Shown: positions 58,514-64,000 of the stretch, piece after piece | Layout of the letters: every line of letters starts with the position of its first letter | Numbering within the stretch: the stretch's first letter is position 1 | NCBI GenBank assembly: GCA_041483195.1 | Contig: JBGPFC010000009.1 | Location: 1-64,000 of the forward strand | Direction of reading: 5' to 3' | Source: Candidatus Eiseniibacteriota bacterium | Lineage (GTDB): Bacteria > Eisenbacteria > RBG-16-71-46 | Length of the DNA: 64,000 nucleotides | Notes under the pieces: generated by a model | The model's input: the letters and a program-made list of their open reading frames with translations, nothing else | Told to the model about the DNA's origin: nothing | Database searches by the model: none | Position numbers and translations under genes: made by a program

Positions 58514-59071
58514 TCAGACTTCCATGACTTCGGCCGTCTTCTTCTTCAACAGATCGTCCACCTGACCGATGTAGCGATCGGTGAGCTTCTGGACCTCGGC
58601 GACGAGTCGCCGCGCCTCGTCCTCGGACAGTGAGCCGCCATCCTCCTGGTGCTTGATCTCCTTGTTCACGTCGTGCCGGATCTGCCGGACATGCACCCGG
58701 CCCTCCTCGGCAAGCTTCGCGACGATCTTCACCAGGTCCTTGCGCCGCTCCTCGCTGAGCGTCGGAATCGGCACCCGGATCACGACCCCGTCATCGGTCG
58801 GGCTGACGCCCAGCTCCGACTGCTGGATCGCGCGCGTGATCGCCTTGATGAGCGACTTGTCCCAGGGCTGCACCATCAGCAGGCGTGGCTCCGGGGCGCT
58901 CACCGTTCCGACCTGGTTGAGCGGGACCACCTGACCGTATGCCTCGACCCGCACCGTGTCGAGCAGCGCGGGGCTGGCCTTGCCGCTGCGGATGCCGCTG
59001 AGCTCGCGGCGCGCGGCCTCGATCGCCTTCTTCATTCGCTCTTCGGCGTTCGCCATGATCTTGTTCACCAT
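58514..59071 (-). CDS. frr: Ribosome recycling factor
   Basis: IRSGKASP, QPWD, EERRKDL and QKLTD motifs. Confidence 0.97.
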   Translation of the reverse strand: MVNKIMANAEERMKKAIEAARRELSGIRSGKASPALLDTVRVEAYGQVVPLNQVGTVSAPEPRLLMVQPWDKSLIKAITRAIQQSELGVSPTDDGVVIRVPIPTLSEERRKDLVKIVAKLAEEGRVHVRQIRHDVNKEIKHQEDGGSLSEDEARRLVAEVQKLTDRYIGQVDDLLKKKTAEVMEV

Positions 59072-59073
59072 GG

Positions 59074-59790
59074 TCACTTCTCCCCCACCAGAGTTCCGAC
59101 CTCTTCCCCCTGCACGACGCGCATCAGATTGCCGGGATCGCCGATATTGAACACGACGATCGGCAGCCGATTGTCCATGCAAAGTGAGATCGCTGTCGAG
59201 TCCATGACCTTGAGCCCCCGGGTGAGGATATCGATGTAGCTGATGCGAGGGAAGAAGGTCGCGGAGGGATCGAGGACGGGGTCCCCGCTGAACACTCCGT
59301 CGACCTTGGTCGCCTTGAGGATGACGTCCGCCCCGATCTCGATGGCCCGCAGCGCGGCGGCGGTGTCGGTGGTGAAGTACGGATTGCCGGTGCCGGCCGC
59401 GAGCACCACGATCCGGTCCTTCTCGAGGTGGCGAACCGCTCGCCGGCGGATGTACGGCTCGCACACGCGCGCCATCTCGATGGCCGACATCACGCGGGTG
59501 TAGAGCCCGCGCTTCTCGAGGGCGTGCTGCAGGGCCAGCCCATTGATGACGGTGGCCAGCATTCCCATGTAGTCGGCGCCCACGCGGTCCATCCCACGCG
59601 TGCTCGCGGCCAGGCCGCGGAAGATGTTTCCGCCGCCGGTCACGATCCCGACCTGCACCCCCAGCGCGTGGACGTCGCGGACCTGGTCGGCGATCGAGGC
59701 CATGACGTCTTCATCGATGCCGTGGCCGGCGGCCCCGGCCAGGATCTCGCCGCTGAGCTTGAGGAGGATGCGCTGGTAGCGCGCGGCCAC
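59074..59790 (-). CDS. pyrH: UMP kinase
   Basis: [30 protein letters not shown] and VMDSTA motifs. Confidence 0.97.
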   Translation of the reverse strand: MAARYQRILLKLSGEILAGAAGHGIDEDVMASIADQVRDVHALGVQVGIVTGGGNIFRGLAASTRGMDRVGADYMGMLATVINGLALQHALEKRGLYTRVMSAIEMARVCEPYIRRRAVRHLEKDRIVVLAAGTGNPYFTTDTAAALRAIEIGADVILKATKVDGVFSGDPVLDPSATFFPRISYIDILTRGLKVMDSTAISLCMDNRLPIVVFNIGDPGNLMRVVQGEEVGTLVGEK

Positions 59791-59792
59791 GC

Positions 59793-60389
59793 CTACTCCT
59801 GGCCGAGTCGGTAGCGAACGAACCGGCGGACGACGAGACGCTCGCCGGTCTTCGCCGACGCGGCCGTGACCAGGTCTGAGACCGTCAGCTTGTCGTCGCG
59901 GATGTACGCCTGCTCGAGCAGGCAGATCTCGGAGTAGAACTTGTCGAGCTTGCCACCCACGATCTTCTCGATGATCGCGGCGGGCTTGCCCTGTCCCTCC
60001 ATCTGCGCAGTGAAGATCGCGCGCTCGCGCTCGACGCGCTCCGCCGCGACCTCCTCACGGCGCACGACTTCGGCGCCGGCCGCCGCGACCTGCATCGCGA
60101 GATTGCGAACCAGCTCCTGGAATTCCGGGGTGCGCGCGACGAAATCGGTCTCGCAATTGACTTCGATCAGCACCCCGACGCGATTCCCGGGGTGGATGTA
60201 GGCGTCGACCACTCCCTCGCTGGCCACGCGATCCGAACGCTTCTCAGCCTTCGCGATGCCGCTCTTGCGCAGCGCGTCCACCGCCTTTTCGAAGTTGCCG
60301 CCCGCCTCGACCAGCGCCTTCTTGCATTCCATCATGCCGGCGCCGGTGCGCTCCCTCAATTCCCTGACCTGATCGGCTGTCACCGTCAT
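59793..60389 (-). CDS. tsf: Elongation factor Ts (short, 198 aa type)
   Basis: [26 protein letters not shown] and RRFVRY motifs. Confidence 0.97.
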   Translation of the reverse strand: MTVTADQVRELRERTGAGMMECKKALVEAGGNFEKAVDALRKSGIAKAEKRSDRVASEGVVDAYIHPGNRVGVLIEVNCETDFVARTPEFQELVRNLAMQVAAAGAEVVRREEVAAERVERERAIFTAQMEGQGKPAAIIEKIVGGKLDKFYSEICLLEQAYIRDDKLTVSDLVTAASAKTGERLVVRRFVRYRLGQE

Positions 60390-60468
60390 CGCAATCCTCG
60401 ATTGTGTTGGAACGCCCGCCGCGAGCCTCGCGGCGCGGGCGGGCGATGCGTCGACGCTCGGAGCTGTG

Positions 60469-61239
60469 TCAGACGGTCGCGGGATGGGAGGTCTCGCCCT
60501 CGGCTTCACTGCCTTCGCCGCCGTACGAGACCGTCTCCTGCTCGCCGCCCTCGTGCGCGAACGCCTTCGATTCGAGAATGGTGTCCGCGACCATGCCGGT
60601 GAACAGCTTGATCGCGCGAATCGCGTCGTCGTTGCCCGGGATCGGGAAGGTCACGGGCGACGGGTCGCAGTTGGTGTCCACCACGCCCACGATCGGGATG
60701 CCGAGCCGACTCGCCTCGGTCACCGCGATCTTCTCCTTCTTGGTGTCGATCACGAACACCAGCGAAGGAATGCCCGGCATCTCCTTGATGCCCGCGAAGA
60801 CGAACTGCAGCCGTTCGCGCTCCCGTCCGAGCCGCGACACCTCCTTCTTCGCCAGTTTCTCGAAGGTGCCATCGGTCGCCATCTTGTCGAGATCGTGGAG
60901 ACGCTTGATGCTGGTGCGGATGGTCTTGAAGTTGGTGAGCATGCCGCCCAGCCACCGCTCCGTGACGTAGAACTGGCCGCAGCGCGCGACCTCGTCGACG
61001 ACGATCGGCTTCGCCTGCTTCTTGGTGCCCACGAACAGCACGTGTCCGCCGGCGCGCACCACGCGCTCGATGGCCGCGCGCGCCTCTTGAATGCACTTCA
61101 GCGTCTTCTGAAGGTCGATGATGTAGATCCCGTTGCGCTCCATGAAGATGAATTTCTTCATCTGCGGGTTCCAGCGCCGGGTCTGATGCCCGAAGTGCAC
61201 TCCGGCTTCGAGCAGGTCCTTCATCGTGATCTCGGCCAC
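60469..61239 (-). CDS. rpsB: 30S ribosomal protein S2
   Basis: [25 protein letters not shown] and GNDDAIR motifs. Confidence 0.98.
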   Translation of the reverse strand: MAEITMKDLLEAGVHFGHQTRRWNPQMKKFIFMERNGIYIIDLQKTLKCIQEARAAIERVVRAGGHVLFVGTKKQAKPIVVDEVARCGQFYVTERWLGGMLTNFKTIRTSIKRLHDLDKMATDGTFEKLAKKEVSRLGRERERLQFVFAGIKEMPGIPSLVFVIDTKKEKIAVTEASRLGIPIVGVVDTNCDPSPVTFPIPGNDDAIRAIKLFTGMVADTILESKAFAHEGGEQETVSYGGEGSEAEGETSHPATV

Positions 61240-61345
61240 TGCTTCCTCCTCAGGGGTTGGTTCGTCCGCCCCGTTCCTCGTTCGATGGCGCCTTGCTCCG
61301 CGTCGGGAGACCCCTGGCGCCGGGAACGGTGCGTGCGTGATGTGG
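61240..61345 (-). promoter_or_regulatory. Putative structured rpsB (S2) autoregulatory leader
   Basis: CGCACCGTTCC pairs with GGAACGGGGCG, enclosing a GGCGCC/GGCGCC helix, followed by AACC and a GAGGAGG SD. Confidence 0.5.
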
Positions 61346-61350
61346 TGCGT

Positions 61351-61749
61351 CTACCGCTTGCTGAACTGGAAGCGCTTGCGTGCCCCGGGCTGTCCGTACT
61401 TCTTGCGCTCTTTCATCCGCGGATCGCGCGTGAGCGCGCCTTCGCGGCCCAGCAGGCCGCGCAGGGTCTCGTCCTCCTTGACCAGCGCACGCGCGATCGC
61501 GAGTCGCAGCGCACCGGCCTGGCCGGCGAGGCCGCCGCCGTGCACGCGCGCCTCGAAGCTGTACTTCGCGGCCGTGTTGGTGGTGACCATCGGCTGGAGC
61601 GCCGTGCGCACCAGCGTGTCGCGCATGAGGTACTGTTCGGGCGTGCGTCCGTTGATGGTGTTGCGTCCGGCCACCGCCACCAGGCGCACGCGCGCGACCG
61701 CTTCCTTGCGACGTCCGGTTCGAGGCTGAGTCAACGTCTCCGTCGCCAT
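61351..61749 (-). CDS. rpsI: 30S ribosomal protein S9
   Basis: TGRRK, GGGLAGQAGA and ERKKYG...QFSKR motifs. Confidence 0.98.
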   Translation of the reverse strand: MATETLTQPRTGRRKEAVARVRLVAVAGRNTINGRTPEQYLMRDTLVRTALQPMVTTNTAAKYSFEARVHGGGLAGQAGALRLAIARALVKEDETLRGLLGREGALTRDPRMKERKKYGQPGARKRFQFSKR

Positions 61750-61761
61750 CGTCTCCCCTGG

Positions 61762-62196
61762 CTAGGTGCGCGGATCCCACGCGGCCGCCTGCTGCGCCGC
61801 ATGAGGATGTTCCGCGCCCGCGTACACTTTGAGCTTCTTCATCATCGCGCGGCCGAGCTTGGTCTTGGGCATCATCCCGCGCACCGCCTGCATGATGACG
61901 CGTTCCGGATGCTTCTCCATGCGCTCGACGATCGAGGTCCAGCTCCCGCCGCCCGGATACATCGTGTGATGAAAATACTTCTTGTCCTGCGCCTTCTTGC
62001 CGCTGAGCGCGACCTTGCTGGCGTTGATGACCACGACGTGGTCCCCGGTGTCGATGTGGGGCGTGTAGATCGGCTTGTGCTTGCCCTTCAGCACCGTCGC
62101 GATCCGGGTGGCCAGCCGGCCCAGCGTCCTGCCTTCGGCATCCACGAGCAGCCAGCGTCGGTCGACGTCGGCGGGCCGGGCGCTATAAGTCTTCAT
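61762..62196 (-). CDS. rplM: 50S ribosomal protein L13
   Basis: MKTY, LGRLA, GKHKP.YTPH.D.GD and HPHAAQ motifs; GGAGG SD. Confidence 0.98.
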   Translation of the reverse strand: MKTYSARPADVDRRWLLVDAEGRTLGRLATRIATVLKGKHKPIYTPHIDTGDHVVVINASKVALSGKKAQDKKYFHHTMYPGGGSWTSIVERMEKHPERVIMQAVRGMMPKTKLGRAMMKKLKVYAGAEHPHAAQQAAAWDPRT

Positions 62197-62289
62197 GCCA
62201 TCCTCCGATTGCACACGGGCGCGCGGATCGGCGGCGGCGCGCGCGTGGCACGCAGACCTGAGACGGCCGCTATCCGCAAGAAGCGACGG

Positions 62290-62319
62290 AAGCTAGCACG
62301 CGCGTCGAAACCCTGTCAA
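62290..62319 (-). promoter_or_regulatory. Sigma70-type promoter of the rplM operon
   Basis: TTGACA-N18-TAGCTT with a TG extension. Confidence 0.7.
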
Positions 62320-62371
62320 GCCGCCGAGCGAACCGGCCGACCCTCGCTGCGTCGCGTGCCGGCACCCGGCG

Positions 62372-62962
62372 TCACTCGAATTCGGCGAGCACCTGCCGGA
62401 GCCGCGCGAGCGGCAGCCCGACCACGTTGAAGTAGTCGCCATCGATGCGGCGCACGAACTGCGCCGCCATGCCCTGGATGCCGTACGCCCCGGCCTTGTC
62501 GAGGGGCTCGCCGGTGCGGACGTACGCGTCGATCGCCGCCTCGTCGAGCTTCGCGAGCAGCACTTCCGTGCATTCGGTGGCGGTGCGCTCCTCGCCGTCG
62601 CGCACGACGGCGATCCCGGTCCACACCTGATGCGCGCGGCCGTGGAGGCGCAGCAGCATCGCCCGCGCCTCGGCGGCGTCCCGCGGCTTGCCGAGGCGCG
62701 CCCCCCGCAGCACGACGATCGTGTCCGCCCCGATCACGACGGCGCCTCGACGCTTCGCGGCGACGCGACGCGCCTTGTCGAGCGCGAGCGCACGCACGCC
62801 GTGCCGGGGCTCCGCCGCACCCGGCCACGATCGATCCGGCCCCGGGTCCGCGAGGGTGAAGGGCGCGCCCACCTGCCGGAGCAGAGCGACGCGGCGCGGT
62901 GATCCCGACGCGAGCACCAGCGGGGAGCGCCCCGAGTAGAACAGCGGCGGCACCCGGCTCAT
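62372..62962 (-). CDS. maf: Maf-family nucleoside triphosphate pyrophosphatase
   Basis: LASGSPRR, GADTIV, LGKP, DKAGAYGIQ and NVVGLP motifs. Confidence 0.95.
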   Translation of the reverse strand: MSRVPPLFYSGRSPLVLASGSPRRVALLRQVGAPFTLADPGPDRSWPGAAEPRHGVRALALDKARRVAAKRRGAVVIGADTIVVLRGARLGKPRDAAEARAMLLRLHGRAHQVWTGIAVVRDGEERTATECTEVLLAKLDEAAIDAYVRTGEPLDKAGAYGIQGMAAQFVRRIDGDYFNVVGLPLARLRQVLAEFE

Positions 62963-63420
62963 GCCGGCCGCTCCGCCTTGCGAGGACTCTCGATCATGAT
63001 CGTCACCGGTCCGTCGTTCACGAGCTCGACCTCCATGTGCGCGCGAAACACGCCGCGCGCGACCTCGACCCCCTCGCTCGTGAGCGCCTCGCAGAACCGC
63101 ACGAACAGCGGCTCGGCGTGCTCGGGGCGGGCGGCCTCGACGAAGTCGGGGCGACGGCCGCGGCGCGCATCGGCATAGAGCGTGAACTGAGGCACGACCA
63201 GCGCGCTTCCGCCGGCCTCCCGGACGTCGCGGTTCATCTGGCCCTCCGCGTCTGGGAAGATCCGCAGTCCGGCCAGCTTGCGCGCCGCCCAGTCCGCATC
63301 CGCTTCGCGGTCTGCGTGAGTCGCCCCCAGCAGGACCAGCACGCCGGATCCGATCTCGCCCGCCGCGCGTCCGTCCACGGTGACCCGCGCCCGAGCCACC
63401 CGCTGCACCAGCGCTCTCAC
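62959..63420 (-). CDS. dtd: D-aminoacyl-tRNA deacylase
   Basis: MRALVQRV, LRIF, QFTL and NDGPVT motifs. GTG overlaps the rel stop. Confidence 0.96.
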   Translation of the reverse strand: MRALVQRVARARVTVDGRAAGEIGSGVLVLLGATHADREADADWAARKLAGLRIFPDAEGQMNRDVREAGGSALVVPQFTLYADARRGRRPDFVEAARPEHAEPLFVRFCEALTSEGVEVARGVFRAHMEVELVNDGPVTIMIESPRKAERPA

Positions 63421-64000
63421 GCCTCGACGCCGCTCGCGCCCGGGGAGGGCGGGCGCGATCCGCCGATGATGCGCTGCCGGCGCTCGACCCGGGACACGCC
63501 CTTCACCCGCCGGATCGCCTGCATGACTTCCTGCAACCGCGCGAGGTGGGGGACTTCGACAACGAACACGCCACGCGCGTTCTGATCCTCGCTCGCCATC
63601 CCGGCGCTGCGGATGTTGACCGAGACCGCGGCGATCGCCTTCGCGATGTCGGCCAGCAGCGAGGTGCGGTCGTGGCCATACACGACCAGCCGCACCGGAA
63701 ACGTGTCGCCGATCCGCGAATCCCATTCGACAGCGACCTTGCGTTCGGGTGCGACGCGATCGCCGAAGGTATTCGGGCAGTCCAGGCGGTGGACCGAGAC
63801 GCCGCGCCCGATGGTGACGATCCCGATCGCCGGGTCCCCCGGCACCGGCTGGCAGCAGCGCGCGAACGACAGCATGACGTTGTCGATCCCCTGGATGCGC
63901 ACACCGCCGGATGGCTTGCGTGCCAGCCCGAGCGCCTCGAGCGGGCCCTTCGCCAGACGCTCGGCGAATCCCTCCTTCTCCGGGACGATCTTGCGCACCA
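63417..64000 (-). CDS. relA: RelA/SpoT (p)ppGpp synthetase/hydrolase, C-terminal part (runs off window end)
   Basis: CCQPVPGD..G.VT.GRGVSVHR.DC zinc-finger region plus ACT domain; rel-dtd gene order. Confidence 0.93.
   Translation of the reverse strand, partial: VRKIVPEKEGFAERLAKGPLEALGLARKPSGGVRIQGIDNVMLSFARCCQPVPGDPAIGIVTIGRGVSVHRLDCPNTFGDRVAPERKVAVEWDSRIGDTFPVRLVVYGHDRTSLLADIAKAIAAVSVNIRSAGMASEDQNARGVFVVEVPHLARLQEVMQAIRRVKGVSRVERRQRIIGGSRPPSPGASGVEA

Overview
High-GC (roughly 70% by eye) bacterial core-genome segment from a diderm organism (Lnt, Omp85/TamB, LPS-type glycosyltransferases). The gene order is compatible with an FCB-related or Eisenbacteria/Gemmatimonadota-like lineage; this is inference only. 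About 60 genes are present, all on the minus strand except one, and many are translationally coupled. Read in transcription direction: rel(partial)-dtd-maf, rplM-rpsI-rpsB-tsf-pyrH-frr-uppS-cdsA-dxr, four glycosyltransferases, rseP-tamA-tamB, an Omp85/peptidase/beta-propeller fusion, pcrA-gatCAB-purD-purE-tsaC, LMW phosphatase-ilvE-rpiB-glyA, an orphan gene behind a sigma54-type promoter, a moxR/bat operon, PAP2, a His-less PTS EIIA plus zinc-ribbon pair, cca, prenyl synthase-rsfS-argS-pfkB, a three-part cassette, purM, a sensor-less sigma54 activator, an atypical Gfo/Idh/MocA protein, lnt, asd-ecfT-truA-htrA-purB-purL(partial). The best candidate for an undescribed system is the cassette at 10255-12636. 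It comprises a LeuA-regulatory-domain-like protein, an unannotated 16-aa peptide ORF (MDYILELVNFFTKAGW, strong SD, G/C at every third codon position) and a multi-pass membrane HD-GYP phosphodiesterase. No rRNA, tRNA, CRISPR array or mobile element was recognised. All calls come from motif reading, not database searches.
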